DNA from: Clostridia bacterium
GTDB taxonomy: Bacteria; Bacillota; Clostridia; TANB77; CAG-508
Direction: 5' to 3'
NCBI GenBank assembly: GCA_900752335.1
Contig: CAADUZ010000016.1
Location: forward strand, 931-64,930
DNA length: 64,000 bases
Shown here: in pieces, positions 39,938-49,165 of the stretch
Numbering within the stretch: the first letter of the stretch is position 1
Layout: each line of letters starts with the position of its first letter
Made by a program: the position numbers and the translations under genes
Notes under the pieces: model-generated
What the model was told of the DNA's origin: nothing
Database searches by the model: none
Seen by the model: the letters and a program-made list of their open reading frames with translations, nothing else

Positions 39938-40624
39938 ATGGCAAACAAGAAGAAGGAGAGAAACAGAGAATTAACTACAAGGCAAAAACAAATTTTAAGA
40001 TATATTACTAAACAAATTGATAAGAATGGATATGCACCTTCTGTTAGAGAAATAGGAAAAGCAGTTGGTTTAAGCTCTACTGCAACTGTTCATTCATATT
40101 TAAAGCAACTAGAAGCAATGAAATACATTAAAAAAGAGAACCAAAAAGGTAGAACATTAAGAATATTGAAAAAAGAGGATGACAGATACGATTCAGCAAG
40201 AGTAGGAAAAGAGCCAAGTGAGCCAATGAAAGCCTTCTATAACAGAAAAGAAATGGTAGACGTTCCAATAGTAGGAAAAATTACAGCAGGAGCGCCAATT
40301 CTTGCAGTAGAAAATATAACAGATACAGTTCCAGTACCAGTTGATTTTGCAGGAAATAGCCAATGCTTTATGTTATTGGTAAGCGGTGAAAGTATGATAG
40401 AAGCTGGTATATTAGATGGCGACCTTATATTAGTTAGAAGACAAAATGTTGCAGAAAATGGACAAATTATAGTTGCATTAATAGATGATGAAGCAACTGT
40501 AAAAACATTTTATAAAGAAAAAGACCATATTAGATTACAACCAGAAAATAGTACAATGGATCCAATAATAGTTCCAGACTGTCAAATACTTGGAAAAGTA
40601 ATAGGCGTATTTAGAAAAATGTAA
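39938..40624 (+). CDS. lexA: LexA repressor
   Basis: Winged-helix N-terminus (LTTRQKQILRYI...YAPSVREIG), the cleavage region GKITAGAPI, and the catalytic contexts SGESM and ATVKTF. The linker is longer than usual. Confidence 0.9.
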   Translation: MANKKKERNRELTTRQKQILRYITKQIDKNGYAPSVREIGKAVGLSSTATVHSYLKQLEAMKYIKKENQKGRTLRILKKEDDRYDSARVGKEPSEPMKAFYNRKEMVDVPIVGKITAGAPILAVENITDTVPVPVDFAGNSQCFMLLVSGESMIEAGILDGDLILVRRQNVAENGQIIVALIDDEATVKTFYKEKDHIRLQPENSTMDPIIVPDCQILGKVIGVFRKM

Positions 40625-40653
40625 ATAATAAAAATAGAAAGGGATGAAATAAA

Positions 40654-41085
40654 ATGAGTTATAATGATTTTTGGTTTATAGATACCAGAGTTCAAACTAG
40701 AAACTTAAGAAGATGGCTCATTTGGTTTATATTATTATTTGCATTTGTAACAGTAGGAACCGTAGTGGCAGTAAAATCAATGTATAAGGATATACCAGGA
40801 GAAACAATAAATAATGGTAATCCAAGTATTACAATTAGCGAAGCAAAAGCAACTAATGTAAATGGATATATAAAAGGAGAAATAAAAAACGAAGGGGAAG
40901 CGGAAACTAATAAAGGATTTCTATGTTTTCTACTATGTGATAAAAATAATGCTGTAAAAGGCGTTGAATATATAGAAGTAAACAGTTTATCTGCAGGAGA
41001 ATCAAAAACATATGAATTAAAGTTTAAACGAGATTATATAACTAATTTTTATGTAATGATGGTAGAAGAAAAAATTGAAAATTAA
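40654..41085 (+). CDS. membrane-anchored hypothetical protein (possibly FxLYD-domain-like)
   Basis: One TM segment is followed by a small beta domain: GYIKGEIKNEGEAE...FLLCDKNNAVKG...SLSAGESKTYELKF. Confidence 0.4.
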   Translation: MSYNDFWFIDTRVQTRNLRRWLIWFILLFAFVTVGTVVAVKSMYKDIPGETINNGNPSITISEAKATNVNGYIKGEIKNEGEAETNKGFLCFLLCDKNNAVKGVEYIEVNSLSAGESKTYELKFKRDYITNFYVMMVEEKIEN

Positions 41086-41113
41086 TGAAATTTTACTAAA
41101 AAGTGTATAATAT

Positions 41114-41157
41114 AACTACCTTTTAATATAATATAAATATTGAAGGTAGTTTTTTTA
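41114..41157 (+). terminator. rho-independent terminator
   Basis: AACTACCTT (41114-41122) pairs with AAGGTAGTT (41143-41151), followed by a T-run. Confidence 0.65.
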
Positions 41158-41267
41158 TATATTTTTTTCAAAAAGTATTTGATATTTTGTAATAAATGTA
41201 ATATAATTGTAACGAATTTGTAATAAAATTGAAACATAACTGGAACATGAGAAAGGAAAGATTTATT

Positions 41268-42269
41268 ATGTTTAAGTGGGGACAAGACATAGGCATAGAT
41301 TTAGGCACAGCTACTGTAATTGCATATGTAAAAGGAAAAGGAATAGTCTTAAGAGAGCCATCTGTTGTTGCAGTGGATAATAACACAGGGGAAGTTTTAG
41401 CTGTAGGAAAAGAAGCTAGAAGAATGCTTGGCAGAACACCTGGTAATATTGTGGCAACAAGACCATTAAGAGATGGTGTTATTTCAAATTATACAGTTAC
41501 AGAAAAAATGCTTAAGTATTTTATAAATAAAATATGTGGTAAATTTGTATTTTCTCCACGAATAATGATTTGTATACCATCACAGGTAACAGAAGTAGAA
41601 AAAAAGGCTGTTATTGATGCTGCTTCACAAGCTGGTGCACGAAAAGTATTTTTAATAGAAGAACCAATAGCTGCGGCAATAGGAGCAGGAATAGATATAT
41701 CTAAACCTTGTGGAAATATGGTAGTAGATATAGGCGGAGGCACAACAGACATTGCAGTTATATCTCTTGGTGGCTCTGTAGTTAGTGAATCTTTAAAGGT
41801 TGCAGGAGATAAATTTGATGAAGCCATTGTAAAATATATAAAGAAAAAGCATAATGTAATGATAGGAGAAAGAACAGCAGAAGATTTAAAGATAAATATA
41901 GGATGCGTATATCCAAAAATCCAAGATACAGAGATGGAGATTAGAGGTAGGGACTTAATTACAGGCTTGCCAAAAAATATAACTATTCATTCGAGCGAAA
42001 TGTTAGAAGCATTAATAGAACCAGCAATGCTTATAGTAGATAGTGTACACTCTGTTTTGGAAAAAACACCACCAGAACTTGCCGCAGATATAAGCGATAG
42101 AGGAATATATATGACAGGCGGAGGATGCTTAATAGATGGTCTAGATAAGCTATTACAAGCCAAAACTGGCATAAATGTTATGATAGCACAAGAAGCTATA
42201 TCATGTGTTGCATTAGGAACAGGAAAAGCATTAGATAATTTAGATACTCTTGATAGAGGAAAAAGATAA
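41268..42269 (+). CDS. mreB: rod-shape-determining actin homologue MreB/Mbl
   Basis: Sequence contains DIGIDLGTATVIAYVKGKGIVLREPSVVA... and DIGGGTTD. ATG at 41268 follows GAAAGGAAAG. Confidence 0.9.
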   Translation: MFKWGQDIGIDLGTATVIAYVKGKGIVLREPSVVAVDNNTGEVLAVGKEARRMLGRTPGNIVATRPLRDGVISNYTVTEKMLKYFINKICGKFVFSPRIMICIPSQVTEVEKKAVIDAASQAGARKVFLIEEPIAAAIGAGIDISKPCGNMVVDIGGGTTDIAVISLGGSVVSESLKVAGDKFDEAIVKYIKKKHNVMIGERTAEDLKINIGCVYPKIQDTEMEIRGRDLITGLPKNITIHSSEMLEALIEPAMLIVDSVHSVLEKTPPELAADISDRGIYMTGGGCLIDGLDKLLQAKTGINVMIAQEAISCVALGTGKALDNLDTLDRGKR

Positions 42270-42304
42270 AAAGAATAAGTAAAAAAATAGTGGTAAATTA
42301 AAAT

Positions 42305-42338
42305 AAAAGCAGACATAAAAATGTTTGCTTTTATTTTT
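42305..42338 (+). terminator. rho-independent terminator after mreB
   Basis: AAAAGCAGACAT-aaaa-ATGTTTGCTTTT followed by ATTTTTG. Confidence 0.7.
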
Positions 42339-42447
42339 GTGAAGTGATAACCAATTTGGCATAAACGGTCAAAAATATACTAACTACTTGCATATTTTGC
42401 TAATTAATTATATAATTAATATAGTTTTTTGTATAAAGGTGAATTGA

Positions 42448-43011
42448 ATGAATAAAACAAAAAGAAAAATATTTGAAACTTCAATGAAGTTATTTGCAGA
42501 CAAGGGATATGATGCAACAAGTATAGAGGAAATAACTGCAACTGTAGGGGTGGCAAAAGGAACATTATACTATCATTTTTCAAGCAAAGAAGAAATATTT
42601 AACTTCCTAGTAGACGAAGGAATGAAGCTTTTAAAAAATAGTATTACAATAAAAACAGATAAAATGAATAATTATTTAGACAAGATAAGAGCTGTAGTAT
42701 TAATACAAATAAAAATACTATTTAAATACGAAAACTTCATAACCATAATATTAAGCCAAATATGGGGAAATGACGAAAGAAGTAAACTATGCAAAAAATA
42801 CGTATTTGAGTATATACAAATGATAGAAGAAATTGTAAAACTAGGAATACAAAAGAAAGAAATAATAGATAGAGATTCAGATATAATAGCTTCTGGAATA
42901 TTTGGATTTACTTGCTCAAGCTATATATATAAAATGAGGCATGACAAAGTAGACGTGCAAAAGATATTTGAAGAAGTAGATAATTCATTTTTAAAGAAGC
43001 TAAAAGCTTAA
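42448..43011 (+). CDS. TetR/AcrR-family transcriptional regulator (FadR-like context)
   Basis: The TetR HTH is IFETSMKLFADKGYDATSIEEITATVGVAKGTLYYHFSSKEEIF. It lies immediately upstream of an acyl-CoA synthetase gene. Confidence 0.8.
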   Translation: MNKTKRKIFETSMKLFADKGYDATSIEEITATVGVAKGTLYYHFSSKEEIFNFLVDEGMKLLKNSITIKTDKMNNYLDKIRAVVLIQIKILFKYENFITIILSQIWGNDERSKLCKKYVFEYIQMIEEIVKLGIQKKEIIDRDSDIIASGIFGFTCSSYIYKMRHDKVDVQKIFEEVDNSFLKKLKA

Positions 43012-43038
43012 AGATATAAAAATAGGAGAGGATATTTT

Positions 43039-44904
43039 ATGAGAATACTAAAAGATTTTAAAGTTCCAGATTTCAAATTCCCAAAATTTCACATGAAGGA
43101 ACTTTCAGAAATTGACGAAGTAAAAGTAGATTATGAAAAGGTAAAAAAAGCAGAAGAAAACCAAAAAAAGAAAAAGAATAAAAACTACGAAGGAACTTCT
43201 TTTGAAACAGTAAAAGAAATATTTATCAATTCATCAAAAGAATATGCAGATAAAACATTTTTATTAGAAAAGTTTAACCCAAAAGGTGAATGGACAGAGA
43301 TTACATATAACCAATTCAAAAATGAAGTAATTGGTCTTGGAACCGCATTAACAAGAAAATTAAATTTAAAAGATACAAGAATAGTTATAATAGGAGAAAA
43401 TACACACCATTGGTATGTGTCATATATGACAATGCTATGTGGTGCTGGAATTGCTGTACCTGTAGATAAAGAACTTCCAGAAAATGAGATAGAAAATGTT
43501 ATAAAAAGGTCAAAAGCATCAGCAGTAATATTTTCTACAAAAAAAGCTGACGTCATAAAAAAGGTATCAGAAAATTTATCAGACGTTAAATATTTTATAC
43601 AAATGAATTCTAGCCAAGAAATAGAAGGAAGATTTGTGGGACTAGATTATTTAATAGAAGAAGGAAAAGCTTTAGTAAATGGCGGAGATAATAGCTTCAT
43701 GAATATAGAAATAGATCCAGATGCATTCAAAGTTTTAATATTTACTTCTGGAACTACTTCAAATGCAAAAGGTGTTATGCTTTGCAACAGAAATCTAGCG
43801 CAAAACGTAAATGCAGCAACAGCGTATGTTAAACTTACACCAGACGATAGATTAATGTCTATTTTACCATTACACCATACTTATGAATCTTCAATAGGAT
43901 TTTTACTACCATTTGGTGTTGGAGCTTCAGTAAGCGTATGCCAAGGTTTAAAGCACATAGTATCAGACTTACAAGAAACAAAACCAACAGCACTTTTAAC
44001 AGTACCATTACTTGTAGAAAGCTTATACAGAAAAATAAATGCAAATATTAAAAAGAGCAAAAAAGATGGTTTAGTAAATTCAATGATACATGTAACAAAT
44101 GCTTTAAAAGTAGTAGGTGTCGATATAAAAAGAAAAGTATTTAATGAAATATATGAAAACCTAGGTGGAAGGTTAAGAATAATAGTATCTGCTGCTGCAC
44201 CAATAGATGCTAAAATTGGTAAATGGGTAGAAGATATAGGAATATTATTCTTACAAGGATATGGGTTAACAGAAACAGCACCTATAGCAGCATTAACGCC
44301 AGACTTTGAAACAAAAGTAGGTTCAGCTGGAAAAGCAGTTGTTGGAGCAAAGTTAAGAATAGATAATCCAAACGAAAATGGAGAAGGCGAAGTATTAATT
44401 TGCAGTAAAACTTTAATGCTTGGATATTATGAAGATGAAGAAGCTACAAAAGAAGCAATATTCGAAGAAAATGGAGAAAGATGGTTTCATTCAGGCGATA
44501 TAGGATATATGGATAATGATGGATTTTTATACATAACAGGTAGAAGCAAAAATGTAATAGTAACACAAAACGGTAAAAACATATATCCAGAAGAAATAGA
44601 GTTAATGCTTTCAAAACATACAGAAATAAAAGAATGTATGGTATATGGTAAAGAAGTAGAAGGCGAAAAAGAATTAATAATTACTGCAAAAGTTATACCA
44701 AATTATGAAGTAATAGAAGAAAAATACGGAAAAGATTTATCAGAAGAAGAAGTATATAAAATAATTTGGGATAAAATAAAAGAAGTAAATAAAGAATTAA
44801 CCTCATATAAAGCAATTAAAAAATTAGAAATTAAACATGACGAATTTGTAAAAACAACAACTATGAAAATAAAAAGATTCGAAGAGATAAAAAAGGACAA
44901 ATAA
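43039..44904 (+). CDS. long-chain fatty acid--CoA ligase (AMP-binding family)
   Basis: AMP-binding motif IFTSGTTSNAKGVML, plus GYGLTE and SGDIGYMDNDGFLYITGRSKN. Confidence 0.85.
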   Translation: MRILKDFKVPDFKFPKFHMKELSEIDEVKVDYEKVKKAEENQKKKKNKNYEGTSFETVKEIFINSSKEYADKTFLLEKFNPKGEWTEITYNQFKNEVIGLGTALTRKLNLKDTRIVIIGENTHHWYVSYMTMLCGAGIAVPVDKELPENEIENVIKRSKASAVIFSTKKADVIKKVSENLSDVKYFIQMNSSQEIEGRFVGLDYLIEEGKALVNGGDNSFMNIEIDPDAFKVLIFTSGTTSNAKGVMLCNRNLAQNVNAATAYVKLTPDDRLMSILPLHHTYESSIGFLLPFGVGASVSVCQGLKHIVSDLQETKPTALLTVPLLVESLYRKINANIKKSKKDGLVNSMIHVTNALKVVGVDIKRKVFNEIYENLGGRLRIIVSAAAPIDAKIGKWVEDIGILFLQGYGLTETAPIAALTPDFETKVGSAGKAVVGAKLRIDNPNENGEGEVLICSKTLMLGYYEDEEATKEAIFEENGERWFHSGDIGYMDNDGFLYITGRSKNVIVTQNGKNIYPEEIELMLSKHTEIKECMVYGKEVEGEKELIITAKVIPNYEVIEEKYGKDLSEEEVYKIIWDKIKEVNKELTSYKAIKKLEIKHDEFVKTTTMKIKRFEEIKKDK

Positions 44905-45072
44905 GCAAAGTCAAAAATCCGTAAGAAAAAACACAAAATTTCTACAAAAAATACTTGACTTAAGGAAAAACTTGTAATAAAATGTTACTAGAAATGTTAA
45001 AATAAGTCCTATAAAGTAGAGAAATACTTACGGAAATAAGCATTACATAGGATAAAGGAGGTTAGGTTTACA

Positions 45073-45930
45073 ATGTCTAGATCTGGCATAGTAAACGTGA
45101 GAATGGTAATCACGGAAGAAAAGATTTTATCAAATATTGATAAAGTACAAAAATTAATAAATCCAAATAGTAAAAAACAAATCATTCAATTAGAAGATGA
45201 TGCGTATTTTAAAGACTTAATAGAGTCTATAAAAACGTATTTAATAGAATATCCAAAGAAAAAGAACTTTCCAATAAGTGTATATAAAGCAGCTTATGGT
45301 TTAGTTGAGTATGCAACAAATCAATTTGAAGAAAATACTAAAAAAATAGAAGACTTAATAAGACAAAGAGAGAAAAATATATCACTTGCTTCAGAGCTAA
45401 AAGACGCACTAGATGCAGTAGAAAATAAATCAGAAGATTGGAAAGAAACAATAAAAGAAATATCAGAAGACTTTTCAGAGGATATTATAGAAACTCTAGG
45501 TGTTATAGGAAGAGCAAAAGGTTCAACTTCACAAAACTATCAAGATGCAGTTAAATTAATAAATGCAAGAATTGGTAACCTAGAAACAAACTTACATATT
45601 GAAATAGATATGGAAAGAATTGAAGATAGGTCAAAAGCTTTAAGTTACATAGGAATAGAAGTTGCAGATGCATTAAAACTAATTCCAACACCAGAAGAGC
45701 CAATGGAAAGCGTTGTGGAAGAACAAATAGAAGAAGTTCACGAACCAGTTAAGCCAGAAGCTGTAGTAGAAAATGAACAATATATGGAACAAACAAGAGT
45801 AAATGTAAAACCTTCATTATGGCAACGTATTAAAAATAGTAAAGTTGTTAGAGCAATATCATATATAATGAAGATTAAAGTCGTAGTAGAAGTTCCTAAT
45901 GCTTTACCAGAAGGAAGAGGAGAAGAATAA
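45073..45930 (+). CDS. hypothetical acidic coiled-coil protein
   Basis: 285-aa ORF after AAGGAGG. I recognise no family. It is followed by a terminator. Confidence 0.5.
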   Translation: MSRSGIVNVRMVITEEKILSNIDKVQKLINPNSKKQIIQLEDDAYFKDLIESIKTYLIEYPKKKNFPISVYKAAYGLVEYATNQFEENTKKIEDLIRQREKNISLASELKDALDAVENKSEDWKETIKEISEDFSEDIIETLGVIGRAKGSTSQNYQDAVKLINARIGNLETNLHIEIDMERIEDRSKALSYIGIEVADALKLIPTPEEPMESVVEEQIEEVHEPVKPEAVVENEQYMEQTRVNVKPSLWQRIKNSKVVRAISYIMKIKVVVEVPNALPEGRGEE

Positions 45931-45948
45931 TTAATATATAAACTATAA

Positions 45949-45990
45949 AATAGAAGGGTTAATTAAATTATCCTTCTATTTCTTTATTTT
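45949..45990. terminator. terminator hairpin
   Basis: AATAGAAGG (45949-45957) pairs with CCTTCTATT (45972-45980), followed by T-rich sequence. Confidence 0.6.
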
Positions 45991-46014
45991 ATTTTCAATT
46001 AAAATTTATAAAAA

Positions 46015-46218
46015 TTAGTCATAATCAACAAATAATAGTCTAATAGCCCATAAACCAGAAATACCAACTAATGCATATATTATTCTACTTATAACAGACA
46101 TTGTACCAAAGATAGCATCAACCAAATTAAAATTTAATATACCAATTAGTCCCCAGTTTATTGCACCAATTACAACTAAAGCAAGAGCTATTTTATCAAC
46201 AATTTTCATAAAAACCAT
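46015..46218 (-). CDS. DUF378-family small membrane protein
   Basis: 67 aa. The sequence IGAINWGLIGILNFNLVDAIFG...IIYALVGISGLW is typical of DUF378. Confidence 0.75.
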   Translation of the reverse strand: MVFMKIVDKIALALVVIGAINWGLIGILNFNLVDAIFGTMSVISRIIYALVGISGLWAIRLLFVDYD

Positions 46219-46343
46219 CCCTTCGTTATTTTATAATTAGTAATATTAGTATTATGTTCAAAAAAATAAAAAATATTCGAAAATAAAAATATATTTAAAT
46301 TCAAAAAAATTATTTGTTTTTTGCACTTTTTTTCAAAAAAGTA

Positions 46344-46372
46344 TTGACATATACAAAAAAATGCATTATACT
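46344..46372 (+). promoter_or_regulatory. candidate promoter of the tRNA pair
   Basis: TTGACA (46344-46349), a 17-nt spacer, then TATACT (46367-46372), about 19 nt upstream of the first tRNA. Confidence 0.55.
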
Positions 46373-46390
46373 TTAAATTGCGTTTGAGAT

Positions 46391-46467
46391 GCGCCCTTAG
46401 CTCAGTTGGTTAGAGCAACCGGCTCATAACCGGTAGGTCCAAGGTTCGAATCCTTGAGGGCGCACCA
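46391..46467 (+). tRNA. tRNA with CAU anticodon (elongator Met or lysidine-modified Ile2; the loop CUCAUAA resembles the Ile2 type)
   Basis: 77-nt cloverleaf. The acceptor stem is GCGCCCT/AGGGCGC, the D arm is GCTCAGTTGGTTAGAGC, the anticodon stem is ACCGG/CCGGT and the T arm is CAAGGTTCGAATCCTTG. CCA is encoded. Confidence 0.9.
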
Positions 46468-46511
46468 TTTTTATTAGGTAGGCATTTTCTACTTAATAAA
46501 TTTATATATTA

Positions 46512-46597
46512 GGGTAGGTGGCCGAGTGGCTAAAGGCGGCAGACTGTAAATCTGTTCTCATTTGAGTACGATGGTTCGAATCCATCCCTGCCCACCA
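46512..46597 (+). tRNA. tRNA-Tyr (GUA)
   Basis: 86-nt class II tRNA. The acceptor stem is GGGTAGG/CCTGCCC, the anticodon loop is CTGTAAA, the variable arm is long and the T arm is GATGGTTCGAATCCATC. CCA is encoded. Confidence 0.9.
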
Positions 46598-46614
46598 TAT
46601 CAAAAAATGGTTGT

Positions 46615-46647
46615 AAACAGCTTGTATTTCAAATACAGGCTGTTTTT
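46615..46647 (+). terminator. terminator after the tRNA pair
   Basis: AAACAGCTTGTATTT-c-AAATACAGGCTGTTT followed by TT. Confidence 0.65.
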
Positions 46648-46696
46648 AATAAAGTTATTTAAAAAAGAAAAATATATAAATGAGAATTATGATAGT

Positions 46697-46872
46697 ATGC
46701 AAGAATATCCTTGGGCTGAATATCCAAATTATACAACTTTTGAAAATGGGATATTACCAACATATCATATGAATAAAGAACATTGGATTACAATATTATT
46801 AGATGGCACAGTTTCAAAAGAAAAATATGCGAGTTAATTGATATAAGTTATGAATTAATAGGTAAAATATAA
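46697..46872 (+). pseudogene. remnant of a YjbR/MmcQ-family gene (internally truncated and frameshifted)
   Basis: ...ILPTYHMNKEHWITILLDGTVSKEK matches the family C-terminus. The expected end ELIDISYELIGKI* is in another frame (46831-46872). The two frames can be joined by adding one A to the A5 run at 46821-46825. The N-terminal two-thirds of the family is absent. Confidence 0.55.
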
Positions 46873-46929
46873 ATTATAATAAATAATGGCAGATGATAAA
46901 AAATCATTTGCTTTTTTTGTAAAAAACTA

Positions 46930-46984
46930 TTGACACAGTGTCGAAAACGTGATATATAATAAATGAAAGTTGACACAGTGTCAA
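46930..46984 (+). promoter_or_regulatory. promoter with two copies of a 15-bp palindromic operator (TTGACACAGTGTCRA)
   Basis: Site 1 is TTGACACAGTGTCGA (46930-46944), which doubles as the -35 element. An extended -10, TGaTATATA, lies at 46950-46958. Site 2 is TTGACACAGTGTCAA (46970-46984), a perfect palindrome just before the RBS of the TetR gene. Confidence 0.65.
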
Positions 46985-46999
46985 AAAGGAGATGAAGAA

Positions 47000-47611
47000 A
47001 TGAAATCTGAAATAATAGAAGATAAGAAAGAAGAAATTATTAAGGCTTGTGAGGAACTTTATAAAGAAACAAGCTTTAAAGATATTACAATAAAAGGAAT
47101 AGGAGAACAAGGAAAATTCTCTAGAACTTCTATATACTATTATTTTCAAACAAAAGAAGAAATATTTTTAGCATTATTTAAACAAGAATATGAAAAATGG
47201 ATAAAAGATTTAGAAGAAATATGTAACCAAAATGAAGAATTAACAAAAGAAAGTTTTGCTGAAAAATTAGCACATACTATAGAGAAAAGAAAAAATTTAT
47301 TAAAACTACTTTCAATGAATATGTATGATATGGAAGAAAATAGCAGAATAGAAGAACTAATAAAATTTAAAGAATCTTATGGCAGAGCCGTAAAAATGGT
47401 AAAAAAGTGTACAGATAAATTTTTTAAAGATATGTCAGAAGAAGAAAAAGATAAATTCATATTTTCATTTTTTCCGTTTATGTACGGAATATATCCTTAT
47501 ACAGAAGTAACAGAAAAACAAAAATTAGCAATGGAAAAAGCTAAAGTGCCATTCCAAAATTTATCTATATATGAAATTGCCTATAATGGAATACTAAAAT
47601 TATTAAAATAA
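47000..47611 (+). CDS. TetR-family transcriptional regulator
   Basis: AAAGGAG lies 8 nt before ATG at 47000. The HTH is IIKACEELYKETSFKDITIKGIGEQGKFSRTSIYYYFQTKEEIF. Confidence 0.8.
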   Translation: MKSEIIEDKKEEIIKACEELYKETSFKDITIKGIGEQGKFSRTSIYYYFQTKEEIFLALFKQEYEKWIKDLEEICNQNEELTKESFAEKLAHTIEKRKNLLKLLSMNMYDMEENSRIEELIKFKESYGRAVKMVKKCTDKFFKDMSEEEKDKFIFSFFPFMYGIYPYTEVTEKQKLAMEKAKVPFQNLSIYEIAYNGILKLLK

Positions 47612-47631
47612 GATTTTAGGAGGAATGTAAA

Positions 47632-48099
47632 ATGAGTAAAATTTTAGTAAGTTATTTTTCAGCAAGTGGTGTTACCAAAAGCGTGGCAGAAAAAATTGCA
47701 AAGGCAGTAGAGGGAGATTTGTTTGAAATTGAGCCAAAAGAAAAATATACAGATGCAGATTTAGACTGGACTAACAAGCAGAGCAGGTCATCTGTTGAAA
47801 TGCAAAATAAATCTTTTAGACCAGAAATAAAAGACAATAATTTAGACATAAGCAGTTATGACACTATTTTAATAGGATTTCCAATTTGGTGGGGAGTCTG
47901 CCCAACAGCTGTTAATACTTTTATTGAAAGCAAAGACTTTACAGGAAAAACTTTGATACCATTCTGCACTTCAGGTGGTTCAGGTATGAAATATGCAGAA
48001 AATGATTTAAAGAAAACATATCCAAATTATAACTGGAAAGAGGGAAAAAGATTAACAGGAACGGAAAATGAAGAAGATTTAGAAAATTGGATAAAATAA
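47632..48099 (+). CDS. flavodoxin-family protein
   Basis: Sequence contains MSKILVSYFSASGVTK...ILIGFPIWWG...PFCTSGGSG. Confidence 0.8.
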   Translation: MSKILVSYFSASGVTKSVAEKIAKAVEGDLFEIEPKEKYTDADLDWTNKQSRSSVEMQNKSFRPEIKDNNLDISSYDTILIGFPIWWGVCPTAVNTFIESKDFTGKTLIPFCTSGGSGMKYAENDLKKTYPNYNWKEGKRLTGTENEEDLENWIK

Positions 48100-48118
48100 T
48101 TTTAAGGAGGATTTTATT

Positions 48119-48991
48119 ATGGAAAAATCAAAAGTTTATTTTACAAGCAAGATATCACCAGAGAGTGTGGTAGAAATGTATGAGAAATTAGGAGTAAATT
48201 TACCAGGAAAAGTAGCAGTTAAATTGCATTCTGGCGAACAAGGAAATAGGAATTTCTTAAGACCAGAATTTGTAAAAAAATTAGTAGAAAAGGTAAATGG
48301 AACAGTTGTAGAATGTAATACAGCATATCCAGGAGAAAGGGATACAACAGAAAAACATAAAAAATTAATGGAAGAACATGGATGGTCAAAATATTTTAAT
48401 GTAGATATTATGGATTCGGAAGGACCAGATATGGAATTAGAAATACCAGATGGTTTGCAAATAAAAAAGAATTTTGTTGGAAAACATTTAGCAAATTATG
48501 ACTCAATGGTCGTAATGTCACATTTTAAAGGACATGCAATGGGCGGTTTTGGAGGAGCATTAAAACAATTATCTATTGGTTGTGCATCTTCTTATGGAAA
48601 ATCATATATTCATGGGGCAGGAGAACCAAAAGAAACAATTTTTGGCACAGACCAAGTAAAATTTGTTACAGCAATGGGAGATGCTGCAGCAAGTGTTCAT
48701 AGATATTTTAAAGGAAATATTGTGTATATAAATGCAATGGTAAACATTTCTATTGACTGTGACTGCGATGGAAACGCATCAGCTCCTTGCATGAAAGATA
48801 TAGGAATTTTTGCAAGCACTGATCCAGTTGCAATAGATAGAGCATGCCTTGATATTATATATAATTCAGATGATTCAGGAAAAGAAAAATTAATACAAAG
48901 AATAGAAGAGAAAAAAGCAGCATACATTGTAGAAACAGCAGAAAAACTAGGAGCTGGAACTACTAACTATGAATTGATTAATGTAGATTAA
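48119..48991 (+). CDS. DUF362-domain protein
   Basis: Sequence contains KVYFTS....S...MYEKLG....GKVAVKLHSGE.GN..FLRPEFVK.LVE, with later SHFKGH and CDCDG motifs. Confidence 0.7.
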   Translation: MEKSKVYFTSKISPESVVEMYEKLGVNLPGKVAVKLHSGEQGNRNFLRPEFVKKLVEKVNGTVVECNTAYPGERDTTEKHKKLMEEHGWSKYFNVDIMDSEGPDMELEIPDGLQIKKNFVGKHLANYDSMVVMSHFKGHAMGGFGGALKQLSIGCASSYGKSYIHGAGEPKETIFGTDQVKFVTAMGDAAASVHRYFKGNIVYINAMVNISIDCDCDGNASAPCMKDIGIFASTDPVAIDRACLDIIYNSDDSGKEKLIQRIEEKKAAYIVETAEKLGAGTTNYELINVD

Positions 48992-49124
48992 CTTTTCTTA
49001 TATTTAAGAAATATTAAAAAAGACAAGTGATAAAAATCATTTGTCTTTTTTCACAGAAAATTCACAATTAAAATTAGCAATAAGTCTTGACTTTTGCTAA
49101 AAATGGATATAATATATATAAAGT

Positions 49125-49151
49125 TTAGCACTCTTATCAAATAAGTGCTAA
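49125..49151 (+). promoter_or_regulatory. CIRCE operator (HrcA binding site)
   Basis: TTAGCACTC-N9-AAGTGCTAA has one mismatch to TTAGCACTC-N9-GAGTGCTAA. It lies downstream of a TTGACT...TATAAT promoter (49087-49113). Confidence 0.85.
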
Positions 49152-49165
49152 AAGAAGGTGCGAAA

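Noticed and set aside
46562-46837. The 91-aa ORF in the supplied track, considered as a genuine gene.
   Set aside because: Its first 12 codons are a translation of the 3' end of tRNA-Tyr, and it has no RBS. Only the C-terminal part has family resemblance. It is treated as a YjbR/MmcQ remnant instead.
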